64,000 nt of DNA. Source: an uncultured Myxococcales bacterium (GTDB lineage Bacteria > Myxococcota_A > Polyangia > Fen-1088). The notes beneath the pieces were generated by a model. The model had not been told where the DNA came from, searched no databases, and worked only from the letters and a program-made list of their open reading frames with translations. Made by a program: the position numbers and the translations under genes. The stretch spans positions 32,580-96,579 of the forward strand of contig CAZYFU010000003.1 in NCBI GenBank assembly GCA_964647025.1. Direction: 5' to 3'. Below are positions 32,080 to 41,097 of the stretch, in pieces; position 1 is the first letter of the stretch, and each line of letters opens with the position of its first letter.

Positions 32080-33333
32080 TTAAGTCTCGACGGGTTCTTC
32101 TTCGTCTCGGCGGGCCGGCTTGCGAACGTTGCGATCGGACTTGGCAGCCTGGCGCTTCTGCATGGCCACGTACTTGTCGTTCAGCCAGATGAGTACCGGA
32201 CTGGCGATAAAGATCGACGAGTAAGTACCGACGATGACACCGACGTTCATGGCGAAAGCGAAGTCGCGGATCACGCCAGTGCCGAAGACGTTCATGGCCA
32301 GGGTCACGAAGAACACCGTGGCGCTGGTCAAGATGGTACGCGACAACGTCTGGTTGATGGCGTGGTTGACCACGGCGTCGAACTTGCGATCCCGATACTT
32401 GGCGGCGTTCTCACGAATACGATCGAAGACCACGATGGTGTCGTTCATCGACAAACCGATGATGGTGAGCAACGCGGCCAGCGTGGTCAGCGAGAACTCT
32501 TTGTAGGTCACCGCGAAAGCGCCGACCGTGATGATGGCATCGTGAAGCAAAGCCACGATGGTTCCCGGGCCGTACCGGAAGTCGAACCGGAAGGCCACGT
32601 AAATCACGATGAGCAGGATCGATCCCAGCAGGGCGCGCACACCGTCGATCTGGAGCTGCTTGCCGGCCTTGGCACCCACCGACGAAACCTGCGGAATCGA
32701 CTTCACGGCCCCGGCCCCCAACTTGGCTTCGAGCGCCTTGCGGACCTCACCCTCCATACCGATCAGGGTGACCTCGTAGGTGTTGTCCTGCGTGGGACCG
32801 AAGGGCTGAACCTGGGCCGCCTCGGTGCCGACCGCCTTGAAGGCGCCCGACAGAACGCTCGGCTCAACCGGCTTGTCGAAGCGCACGTAGACCTTGTCAC
32901 CACCTTCGGAGGCTTCGAACTTGCGGAGGCTGGCATCGCCCACGCGGGCGAGAGAGGCCTCGGCCTTCTTAGACTGCTCCGTTGACATCACGGACACGGC
33001 GCCCAAGCGAATCATGTAGGAAGGCGTCGCCCCCTCGCTGCCGTACTTGACCACGTCCGCGTTGTGCAAGCCGGCGGCGGACATCGCGGCGCGAACGTCC
33101 GATGCGTCGACCGGCCTGTTGAACTCCACCACGAGCTCGGAGCCGCCTTTGAAATCGACGCCCCAGTTCAGCATGTGGCCGCGGTCCTTGAGGACGTAGG
33201 CGTTGATGGGCAGCATGGCGATAGAGATGAAAGCCAGGACGAGGGATCCGCCGATCCAGAGCTTCTGCTTCCCGATGAAGTCTATGTCGGTGCTGTGCTT
33301 GATTACTTCGAAAAACTTCTGTTGATCCGCCAT
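32080..33333 (-). CDS. secF: Protein-export membrane protein SecF
   Basis: SecF TM core (LTIIGLSMNDTIVVFDRIREN). Enlarged periplasmic domain. Confidence 0.9.
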   Translation of the reverse strand: MADQQKFFEVIKHSTDIDFIGKQKLWIGGSLVLAFISIAMLPINAYVLKDRGHMLNWGVDFKGGSELVVEFNRPVDASDVRAAMSAAGLHNADVVKYGSEGATPSYMIRLGAVSVMSTEQSKKAEASLARVGDASLRKFEASEGGDKVYVRFDKPVEPSVLSGAFKAVGTEAAQVQPFGPTQDNTYEVTLIGMEGEVRKALEAKLGAGAVKSIPQVSSVGAKAGKQLQIDGVRALLGSILLIVIYVAFRFDFRYGPGTIVALLHDAIITVGAFAVTYKEFSLTTLAALLTIIGLSMNDTIVVFDRIRENAAKYRDRKFDAVVNHAINQTLSRTILTSATVFFVTLAMNVFGTGVIRDFAFAMNVGVIVGTYSSIFIASPVLIWLNDKYVAMQKRQAAKSDRNVRKPARRDEEEPVET

Positions 33334-33351
33334 CGGAGTTCTCCTGCCGTC

Positions 33352-35136
33352 CTAGATTGAAAGCGTGGTCTTGACCGACCCGCGGCGGCTCACCAGCACA
33401 GCGAACATCCAGTGCGAGATCCAGACCGAGGTGAGGAGGTTCGTGACGATACCGACCAGCAAGGTGACCGCGAACCCACGGATGGGGCCCGAGCCATACG
33501 AGTAGAGGACGATGCCGGCCACGAAGTTCGTGACGTGGGCGTCGAACACGGTCCAGAAGGCGCGCTGGAAGCCCGCGTCCACCGCGGTCCGCGGCGACTT
33601 GCCCAAGCGCAGCTCTTCACGGATACGCTCGTAGATGATGATGTTCGAGTCCACCGCCATACCGATACTGAGCACGAGGCCCGCGATGCCGGGCAAGGTC
33701 AGCGAGGCCTCGAAGGCGGCCAGGATCGCCATCATGAACAGCATGTTCAAGGTCATGGCGAGGTTCGCGATGAACCCGGAGACCCGATAGTAGATGAGCA
33801 TGAACAGGATGACCGCGATGGCGCCGATGCTCATCGAGAGCTTCGCCTTGTCGATGGCGTCCTGCCCCATGGTCGCGCCGACCTGGGTTTCGAACGACTT
33901 CTTCAACGGAGCGGGCAAAGCGCCGGAGCGGAGCACGCCGACCAGGTCCTTGACCTCCTGCTGCAGCTTGAAGGGATCGCCGTAGCCGCCCATGGTGATG
34001 CGTCCACGCTCGCCGATCTTCGACTCGATGACCGGTGCGCTGGTGACACGCTCGTCGAGGACGACCGCCATCTTGCGCCCGACGTTCTCGCCCGTGAGCT
34101 TCTCCATCATGGCCGCGCCCTGGCGATTCATGGTGAAGGCGACCTCGGGGCGGCCCATCTCGTCCCAGCTCTCCTGCGCATCGGCCAGGTACTCGCCGGT
34201 GACGCCGGCGCGCTTCTTCAGCAGGTACGTCCGGTAGTACTTGTCCGGCGTCCCCTCGCTGACGTCGCGCGAGCTCATGAGCTCGAGGCCGAGCTCACGA
34301 TCGTTCGGCACGGCCAAGTCGCCCGAGAGGCCGGCGATGAACTTGGTCAGCTCCTCTCTGTCCTTCTCCTTCACGCGCAGATACACGTCCTCGTGCTGCG
34401 TGCCCGACTGCTTCTCGCTCCAAGACTCTGGCGCCACCGTGATGGGGCCGTCCTTGGGCACCGAGGCGGCGACCTTCTTCATGTACTCCGAGCCGTCATC
34501 GACGATCTTGAACTCGAGCTGGGCCGTACGGCCGATGATGTTCTTGATACGCTCGAAGTCCTTGGCCTTCGCGCCCGGCAGCTCGACCACGATGTCGGTG
34601 CCCTTCTTGATGATGGTGGGCTCGGCCACGCCGAACTGGTCGACGCGGTTTCGGATGGTCTCGATGGCCTGCCTGAGCGACAGGTCCTCGATCTCGGCAA
34701 CCCGGTCGGCATCGAACTTCATCATCACGGTGCCAGTCGCGGTGTCACGGCTGACGATGTCGAGCTCGCGACGGAACGACTTCATCAGCTCGTCGTCGAG
34801 CTTGCCCATCTCGGCCGGAACCTTGAAGGTGATGGCGATGTCGTCGCGTCCACTGCGCACGATGTTGGTCTCGGCGCCCTTCTTCTGGAGTGCGTCGCCG
34901 ACGTCGTCCGCGAGGCGGTCGACCTTGCTCGAAACGGCCTTCTCGATGTTCACCTCGTAGACGAGGTGCAGACCGCCTTGCAGATCCAAGCCGAGTTGGA
35001 TCCGCTTCTTGAAGTACTTCTGAAAGAAGGCTGGCAGATTCTCTTCCTGGGTGACGAAGGTCGGCACCAAGTAGAGAACGGCAACGGTTACTGCCGCGCC
35101 ATAGAGCGCAGCCTTCCACCACCACGATCGTTCCAT
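33352..35136 (-). CDS. secD: Protein-export membrane protein SecD
   Basis: SecD periplasmic domain and RND-like TM core (SIGMAVDSNIIIYERIREE). Confidence 0.9.
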   Translation of the reverse strand: MERSWWWKAALYGAAVTVAVLYLVPTFVTQEENLPAFFQKYFKKRIQLGLDLQGGLHLVYEVNIEKAVSSKVDRLADDVGDALQKKGAETNIVRSGRDDIAITFKVPAEMGKLDDELMKSFRRELDIVSRDTATGTVMMKFDADRVAEIEDLSLRQAIETIRNRVDQFGVAEPTIIKKGTDIVVELPGAKAKDFERIKNIIGRTAQLEFKIVDDGSEYMKKVAASVPKDGPITVAPESWSEKQSGTQHEDVYLRVKEKDREELTKFIAGLSGDLAVPNDRELGLELMSSRDVSEGTPDKYYRTYLLKKRAGVTGEYLADAQESWDEMGRPEVAFTMNRQGAAMMEKLTGENVGRKMAVVLDERVTSAPVIESKIGERGRITMGGYGDPFKLQQEVKDLVGVLRSGALPAPLKKSFETQVGATMGQDAIDKAKLSMSIGAIAVILFMLIYYRVSGFIANLAMTLNMLFMMAILAAFEASLTLPGIAGLVLSIGMAVDSNIIIYERIREELRLGKSPRTAVDAGFQRAFWTVFDAHVTNFVAGIVLYSYGSGPIRGFAVTLLVGIVTNLLTSVWISHWMFAVLVSRRGSVKTTLSI

Positions 35137-35154
35137 CGAGTGTCCTCGTTCGAG

Positions 35155-35541
35155 CTAGGAGGCCTTGTTGGCCTCGGTCTTGGTCGGCTCCGGAGACGTC
35201 GACGTCTTGAGCCGGCCGGTCACAGCACTGCGCTGAATTCTGATGCGCACGCCTTCCTGCACCTGAAGCGTGATTTCCGCATCTTTAATCCCAGAAATGC
35301 GTCCGATGATGCCACCGGTGGTGACCACCTCGTCGCCCTTCTTGAGCTCGGCGAGCATCTTCTGGGTCTCCTTGGCGCGCTTGGATTGCGGCCGGATCAC
35401 GATGAAGTACATCACCGCGAAGATGAGCACCATCAGGATGATGGGATTGCCACCGAGCCCACCAAAGCCGCCACCGCCAGCCGGTTGCTGCCCTTGGGGG
35501 GAATTTGCTGCTTGAGCCAATGAGATCAGGAATTGAGTCAC
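35155..35541 (-). CDS. yajC: Preprotein translocase subunit YajC
   Basis: Single-TM protein with IRPQSKRAKETQKMLAELKKGDEVVTTGGIIG. Immediately upstream of secD. Confidence 0.85.
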   Translation of the reverse strand: MTQFLISLAQAANSPQGQQPAGGGGFGGLGGNPIILMVLIFAVMYFIVIRPQSKRAKETQKMLAELKKGDEVVTTGGIIGRISGIKDAEITLQVQEGVRIRIQRSAVTGRLKTSTSPEPTKTEANKAS

Positions 35542-35716
35542 GAGGCCAAACGCTTACCAGAGGGGTGATCCCGGGTCAAGCAAGGATACTGCCTCATGTT
35601 TGTGCGATGTAGGTGAACGGGGGCGCGAAGCACAGACCGACGACCAAGAACGCTGGCGACGTGACCACGCCCCAGATCGCCGCGCCAAAGCGCGTCGGCG
35701 AAGCAACCCTTTCGCC

Positions 35717-36742
35717 CTAAACCTCGTCATCGGCGAAAGCGATCACATCGCGAATCGTCGCGGCGCCGGTCACGAGCATCACCAGGCGGTCGAAGCCGAG
35801 GGCGATCCCGCAGGTCGGCGGCATGTGCCCAAGACCCGTCAGCAACTGCTCATCCAAGGGATAGACGACTTTGCCGCGGGAGGCGCGGATGGCCAGCTCC
35901 TCTTCGAAGCGTTTGCGCTGCTCGGCCGCGTCGGTCAGCTCGCCGAAGGCGTTGGCCAGCTCGAGGCCGGCGGCGTAGAGCTCGAAGCGCTCGGCGGTCA
36001 GCGCATCGTCGGGCTTGCGCCGGGCGAGCGCGGCCAGCGGCAAGGGCCAATCGGAGACGAACATGGGGCGCGACGCCCCGACGTGCGGCTCGACTCGATC
36101 GAGGAAGACTTGGTAGAAGCAGTCGTCCCAAGCGGCGTCGGGGCCGACACGACAGCCGGCCCGTGCCGCCAACTCGTGCATCTCGCGCTCTGTCTCATCG
36201 CCGCGCAGCTCGACCCCAGCGTGAAGCCGCAGAAGCTCGCGAACCGTGGTGCGCAGGAAGCCGCCGCCCAGGGGCATAAACCAGGCCCCATGCTCGCCGC
36301 GACGGTTGGCTGGCACGTCGGCACACGGCCAGGTCCCTGCCACGCGCGCGGCTGCTTCCACGATGGCTTCGCAATCGCGCATCAGCTCGTCCATCGTCCC
36401 GTTCGCGCGGTACCACTCGATCATGGTGAACTCGGGTTGGTGGAACGGGCCCGCCTCCTCGGCGCGAAAGCAGCGGCAGATCTGCACGATGCGGGGCATG
36501 CCGGAGGCGACCAGGCGCTTCATGTGGTACTCGGGCGAGGTGACCAAATACCTGTCGCCCCGTCGACCGCGGCCAGCAGGAATGGCGTCGAGGTGGATCT
36601 CCTGCCCGGGCGAATACACGCGCGCGGGCGTCTCGACCTCGACGAAGCCCTGCCCTTCGAAGTACGCACGCACGGCGCGCATGATGGCAGCCCGAATCAC
36701 CAGGACGGGCTGCCGACCGAGCAGGCGTGAACGCTCGTCCAC
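35717..36742 (-). CDS. epmA: EF-P lysine (R)-beta-lysyltransferase EpmA (PoxA/GenX; truncated LysRS paralog)
   Basis: Class II aaRS catalytic core without an anticodon-binding domain (RAYFEGQGFVEVETP ... FRAEE ... EFTMIEWY ... GIALGFDRLVML). About 340 aa. 6 nt downstream of efp. Confidence 0.8.
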   Translation of the reverse strand: MDERSRLLGRQPVLVIRAAIMRAVRAYFEGQGFVEVETPARVYSPGQEIHLDAIPAGRGRRGDRYLVTSPEYHMKRLVASGMPRIVQICRCFRAEEAGPFHQPEFTMIEWYRANGTMDELMRDCEAIVEAAARVAGTWPCADVPANRRGEHGAWFMPLGGGFLRTTVRELLRLHAGVELRGDETEREMHELAARAGCRVGPDAAWDDCFYQVFLDRVEPHVGASRPMFVSDWPLPLAALARRKPDDALTAERFELYAAGLELANAFGELTDAAEQRKRFEEELAIRASRGKVVYPLDEQLLTGLGHMPPTCGIALGFDRLVMLVTGAATIRDVIAFADDEV

Positions 36743-36748
36743 GCGGGA

Positions 36749-37321
36749 CTAGGCGCGACCGACGCGCTCGAGGTACTCGCCCGTGCGCGTATCGATCTTG
36801 ATGATGTCGCCCTCGTTGATGAACAAGGGCACGGGGATCTGGGCGCCGGTGCTGATGGTCGCGGGCTTGGTCACGCCCGTGGCGGTGTCACCGCGGAAGC
36901 CAGGCTCGGTCGCCATGACCTTCTGTTCGATGAAGTTGGGGAGGGTCACTCCGACGGCGCGCTCGTTGAAGAACAGAACCTCGACGACAATCTGCTCGGG
37001 CATGTAATTGGAATCATCACCGATGGTATCGTGAGGGATGTGAACCTGGTCGTAGGTGCTCGTGTCCATGAAGACGTACGAGTCGCCTTCCTTGTACAGG
37101 TACTGCATCGACTTGGTCTCGACGTTGGCCGGCTCCAGCTTCTCACCCGAGCGCAGATTGCGCTCGATGACGTTGCCGTTGAGCAGGTTCTTGAGCTTGG
37201 TGCGCGTGAACGCCGCGCCCTTGCCAGGCTTGATGAACTGGAACTCGACAACCGTGAACGGGTTGCCGTCGAGCATGACCTTGAGTCCCTTGCGGATGTC
37301 TGATGTGTCGTACGAAGCCAT
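36749..37321 (-). CDS. efp: Elongation factor P
   Basis: MASYDTSDIRKGLKV ... KPGKGAAFTRTKLKN, with the conserved loop Lys in the PGKG context. Start taken at the internal ATG at 37321. Confidence 0.9.
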   Translation of the reverse strand: MASYDTSDIRKGLKVMLDGNPFTVVEFQFIKPGKGAAFTRTKLKNLLNGNVIERNLRSGEKLEPANVETKSMQYLYKEGDSYVFMDTSTYDQVHIPHDTIGDDSNYMPEQIVVEVLFFNERAVGVTLPNFIEQKVMATEPGFRGDTATGVTKPATISTGAQIPVPLFINEGDIIKIDTRTGEYLERVGRA

Positions 37322-37364
37322 TGGATGGGCGGATTTAGCCTGCCCAGCCCGGAAGGTCAATCCT

Positions 37365-39314
37365 TTACATCTCTGGCAGCGGACAGTTTGCGTTTCGCGC
37401 GCGGACTGCGCGCAGACCAGCCTTGTTCAAGACCGCGCCGCGTCCAAGGTGCGAGAACGCTTCCAGGTAAAGGCTGGCTGCCCGGCAACCATCCCCGTGC
37501 CACGCCAGACTGCGCTCGAACCGGCGCGCGGCCACCTTGAAGTCGCCCTCCTGCAAGGCGAACAAACCGAGCACGTAGGCGGCCACCGGGTTGCCCTTTT
37601 CCCCTTTCTTTTCCAGAGCCGAAACCTCGGCTTTGGACGGGGCGGCGTCGCGCGCCAGCACGGCGAACGCGCGAACGTCCCAGTCGATGTCGTGGATCCC
37701 AGGCGGCAGCCCCTTTAGCATCGCGGCGAGCCCTTCCTTGCCCGACCGCGCATACGCAGCGCGCAACGCCACGATGTGTCGCTCGGGCCCCGCCGGGTGC
37801 TCGAGCAACGGCGTAGACGCGATGTTCTCGTTGCGCCCGAGTCGAACCGCAAAACCCGCCCATTGCAGCGGCACCATGGAAAGATCGGCCTGCTTCCCTG
37901 CCCTTTGCAGGATCTCATCCGCGGCGTCGATCTCTCCGAGGAGAGCCACGAGCAGCGAGAGCTGGCCCAGAAGCGCCGGATCGTCCGTGGTCTGCGCGAT
38001 GGCCTTGGCCTTTCGGAGCGCGCTCGCACGATCACCGTCGAGGCGCGCCTGCAGGGCAGACGCCGTCGCACAGGCAGCCCGAACCGCACGCGAGATCTTG
38101 CTGTCGCTGGCACAGGCGGTCTCGATGCGCTTGCTCCACGTCGCCTCGCCGAGAGCCCTCTCGGCTTCGGCGAGCACGAGCTGTCCGCGCGAGTTGTCGG
38201 GCGACTTGCCCAGCGTGGCGAGCAGCGTCCGCCTAGCCACGACGGCGTCGCCCCTGTCCATGCGGGAAGCAGCCCAATCGACGGCGACTGGCAGCGAATC
38301 CGGCGCAGTGGCCAGCGCGCGATCGAGATCCTTCGCGGAACCTTCGACGTCCCCGGCCAGGCGGCGCACGCGGGCCGACGCCAAGAGCGCGAAGGCGGGA
38401 GGTTCCTGGGTGGCCAGGGCGCTGTCCGCGTATTGTCTTGCCGAAGCGCGATCGCCCGACGCAAGGGCCAGCAGGGCGCGCACCGTCCATGAAAGTGACG
38501 CTCGATTGGGCGTGGGCGCGGGTGCGCCGTCAGCGCGCTTCAAGGCCTCCTCGGCGTCCTTGCTGGCGTCCACCGCATAGTCACCGGCCAAGAGGGCATT
38601 CACCAGCGCCAAACGCAAAAGCGCGTCAGGATCCGGTGCCCGGCCCGAAAGACCGGTGCGAGCGACGTCGCGGGCCCGCATGAGGCCCTCCAGAGAACCC
38701 GACGCCAAGGCACGGTCGAGCTCCTCGCGTGCGCTTGGCCGGGATTGCTTGCCCCGACCGTACATGGTGTAGCCCACCACCGCCGCTGCCACGGCAGCCA
38801 CGCCCATGACCGCGAAGGCGAACACGAACCCTCGACGTCGCGCCTGCGGCATCTGCCCGCTGGACAACGACTGACGCGGCAACTGCTCGCTCGAGCTCGA
38901 GCCGACGTTTCGGGGCGAAGGCAAGGTCAGCAGGCTGTCCGCCCCGGTTCCCATCGAGGGCGGTGCCACCAGTCGCTCGGCGACGTGAACCACGCTGGGC
39001 GGCTGCGCCGCCACCGGGATCTTGGCTGGCTGCGGGCGCGACTCGCTCTCCGTCGAGCCATCCTCGCTCGCGCCCCGGATCTCCGCCGTCTTGTGTCCGT
39101 CGAGCTCGTCGGCGTAGTCGAGCAGGGTGCGCGCACGCCGACCGTCTCCCCTCTGCTCCAGCACCTCGGCCAGAATGCGAAAGGCTTTCGCCGACTCGGG
39201 CCGCTCTTGGCAAACCTTGAGCAGGACCTTCTGGGCGGTCTCCAGATGCCCCTGCGCGAGCAGCGTCCGAGCTAGCTCGACTTCCTCGACGTTATCGGCA
39301 TTGGCTGCGATCAA
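37365..39314 (-). CDS. TPR-repeat protein with one TM segment
   Basis: Ala/Leu-rich TPR-like helical repeats throughout. One central hydrophobic segment (GFVFAFAVMGVAAVAAAVVGY). Confidence 0.6.
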   Translation of the reverse strand: MIAANADNVEEVELARTLLAQGHLETAQKVLLKVCQERPESAKAFRILAEVLEQRGDGRRARTLLDYADELDGHKTAEIRGASEDGSTESESRPQPAKIPVAAQPPSVVHVAERLVAPPSMGTGADSLLTLPSPRNVGSSSSEQLPRQSLSSGQMPQARRRGFVFAFAVMGVAAVAAAVVGYTMYGRGKQSRPSAREELDRALASGSLEGLMRARDVARTGLSGRAPDPDALLRLALVNALLAGDYAVDASKDAEEALKRADGAPAPTPNRASLSWTVRALLALASGDRASARQYADSALATQEPPAFALLASARVRRLAGDVEGSAKDLDRALATAPDSLPVAVDWAASRMDRGDAVVARRTLLATLGKSPDNSRGQLVLAEAERALGEATWSKRIETACASDSKISRAVRAACATASALQARLDGDRASALRKAKAIAQTTDDPALLGQLSLLVALLGEIDAADEILQRAGKQADLSMVPLQWAGFAVRLGRNENIASTPLLEHPAGPERHIVALRAAYARSGKEGLAAMLKGLPPGIHDIDWDVRAFAVLARDAAPSKAEVSALEKKGEKGNPVAAYVLGLFALQEGDFKVAARRFERSLAWHGDGCRAASLYLEAFSHLGRGAVLNKAGLRAVRARNANCPLPEM

Positions 39315-39410
39315 CGACGACCATAGTACCCGCTTGATCAGGCTCCGTCGACTATCCCGGAGCAGCAGAAATCGAGCGGCGAGGCTGAAATCCGCGCCAC
39401 CGCGAAGGAC

Positions 39411-40499
39411 TTACAGACACTTCGGGAATTGCACCCCCGTGTCGACGTCCTGCCCCTGCGTGGTGCCCGCCTTGAACCCGATGGTCCGCCCCGAGACGTC
39501 GGTGGCTTCGCAATCCGCGCCGGGGATGTTCGAGTCGAAGTGCCACGCGCCGTAGCTGGTTCGCGACGCCTTGAGTCCTGCGCAAGTCACGGACTCGATG
39601 GGAAGGATTTGGTTCTCGATGAAGATTTCGTTGCTGTTGCCAGTCTTGAGCCGGACGATCACGTTGCCGGTCACGGGACAAGGCACGTACTTCCACTGGG
39701 CTTGGCCGTGGACGTTGGGGTCGCCCCTGACGCCGCCCGCGCTGGCCGCCGCGCCGCTGAGATCCATGTGTCCACCGGGGTTGGCCTTGCACGGAGGGTT
39801 GTTGTTTCCGTCGTAGGGGCACTCGTCGACGATGGTCACGATGGCGTTGTTGATCTTGATGCAGGCGCCACAGCGGTTGCTGGTGTCGAAGTCGCTCGAG
39901 CTCTTGCCGGGTATCGCGGCGAAGTGGGCCGCGTTGACGATATTCTTGACCGTGTTCGCGTTCTTGTCGCCGTTGTAGCCACACGCGGTGATGGGATTGG
40001 GCAAATTGTAGGTGGTGTACGTCGCGTTGCCCATCGTCCAGCTCGATGGGAAGGCGCACGATGTCGGCGCCGTGCTCCCGCCGGTGCCGGTCATGCCACC
40101 GCTGCCGAGCTTACCGTCCGCCCCGGTGCCGCCATTGCCGGTGTCGCCACCAGACGCGGACGCGTCGCCCCTGCCACCGGTTCCCATGGCTGCATCGAGC
40201 TGCGAGGCTCCACCCGAGCCGGCGACGCCGGTGCCCGTGTTTCCCGCGGTGCTGCCGCCGGCGCCAGCAGATCCGCCCCCTGCCCCGCCTCCGCCGCCGC
40301 CCCCCGAGGTGCTCGACGATCCGCCGGAGCTCACGGCACCGCCGCTGCTCGTGACGACGCTGGATCCACCCGAGCCACCGCTCGCGGTGGATTGGCCACC
40401 GGCTCCGCCGGCCTGGCTGCCTTGACCCTGTTTGTTGTTCTGCGGGAAACACCCGGCCAAGACCAGGAGAGTGACGGTGAGACGAGAAACACTTCGCAT
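39411..40499 (-). CDS. Lipoprotein with long Gly/Ser-rich linker and C-terminal DPBB (expansin / EG45 / barwin-like) domain
   Basis: Lipobox LLVLAGCF. About 140 aa of GGS/GGT repeats. C-terminal CGYNGD ... NRCGACIKINNAIVTIVDECPYDG ... HMDLSGAAASA matches the expansin-family double-psi beta-barrel pattern. Confidence 0.6.
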   Translation of the reverse strand: MRSVSRLTVTLLVLAGCFPQNNKQGQGSQAGGAGGQSTASGGSGGSSVVTSSGGAVSSGGSSSTSGGGGGGGAGGGSAGAGGSTAGNTGTGVAGSGGASQLDAAMGTGGRGDASASGGDTGNGGTGADGKLGSGGMTGTGGSTAPTSCAFPSSWTMGNATYTTYNLPNPITACGYNGDKNANTVKNIVNAAHFAAIPGKSSSDFDTSNRCGACIKINNAIVTIVDECPYDGNNNPPCKANPGGHMDLSGAAASAGGVRGDPNVHGQAQWKYVPCPVTGNVIVRLKTGNSNEIFIENQILPIESVTCAGLKASRTSYGAWHFDSNIPGADCEATDVSGRTIGFKAGTTQGQDVDTGVQFPKCL

Positions 40500-40734
40500 C
40501 GGGAGACCTCTTGAGACACGTCTGCGAACGAAAAGATCAGAAGCCCATGCAGGCTTCCATTGCGAGGACGGCAGGCTAAGCTCTTCTCGTCAACGGACCT
40601 TGACACCGTCCGTGGGTGCCAGGCAAGAACGAACATGCTCGGATGACTCGAAGACACGGTCAAGGTATCGTCTCGGCCCCACACAGTGGCCTGGTCGCCT
40701 CACCCGTAACGCTGCCGTGACCCTCGACACCGCC

Positions 40735-41097
40735 GTGCCCGTCATCCTCAGACCGTCCCACGTTCATTCGGCCTTTGCCCGCGGCAAGGCCCGACGGTGC
40801 TCGCTTGCCGTGATTGCCCTGCTGTGCGCTCTGTCGAATGGCGCCTGGCGGGTGGACGCGGCGGAGGCGCTGCCTTCGCCGGCGCCGACTGCCGAAGTCC
40901 TGGTGGCGGATGCGGTTCCCGCGGGCCTGCAATGGGATCAGGCGGAGCCGCCGCCGCAGCCGAGCCTGGTGTCCCGGTGGTGGTTCTGGACTGCCGTGGG
41001 CGCCGTCGCGGTTGCAACGGCTGCCGTCATCGGGCTGTCCAGTCGAGGCTCCGCCCCACCGGTCAGCCACCTCGGCAATCAGGTGTTCGCGCCATGA
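40735..41097 (+). CDS. Small secreted/membrane-anchored protein, translationally coupled to the downstream lipoprotein (tentative)
   Basis: Possible GTG start. Signal-like SLAVIALLCALSNGAW. C-terminal TM WWFWTAVGAVAVATAAVIGL. Stop overlaps the next ATG (ATGA). Confidence 0.3.
   Translation: MPVILRPSHVHSAFARGKARRCSLAVIALLCALSNGAWRVDAAEALPSPAPTAEVLVADAVPAGLQWDQAEPPPQPSLVSRWWFWTAVGAVAVATAAVIGLSSRGSAPPVSHLGNQVFAP

Noticed and set aside
30388-32985. 865-aa plus-strand ORF, and similar giants at 33412..35523 and 5863..8253
   Set aside because: Antisense to recJ, secF, secD and lolC/lolD. No domain signatures, and composition typical of GC-rich shadow ORFs.
35542-35716. Imperfect hairpin CGCCGCGCC-AAA-GCGCGTCGGCG downstream of epmA, considered as a terminator
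   Set aside because: The stem is bulged and no U-tract follows on the transcribed strand. Too weak to call.
39440-39800. Highly repetitive GGC/AGC/ACC codon array that looks like a tandem repeat or CRISPR at first glance
   Set aside because: It is the coding sequence of the Gly/Ser/Thr linker of the DPBB lipoprotein. It has no spacer/repeat periodicity and no cas genes.
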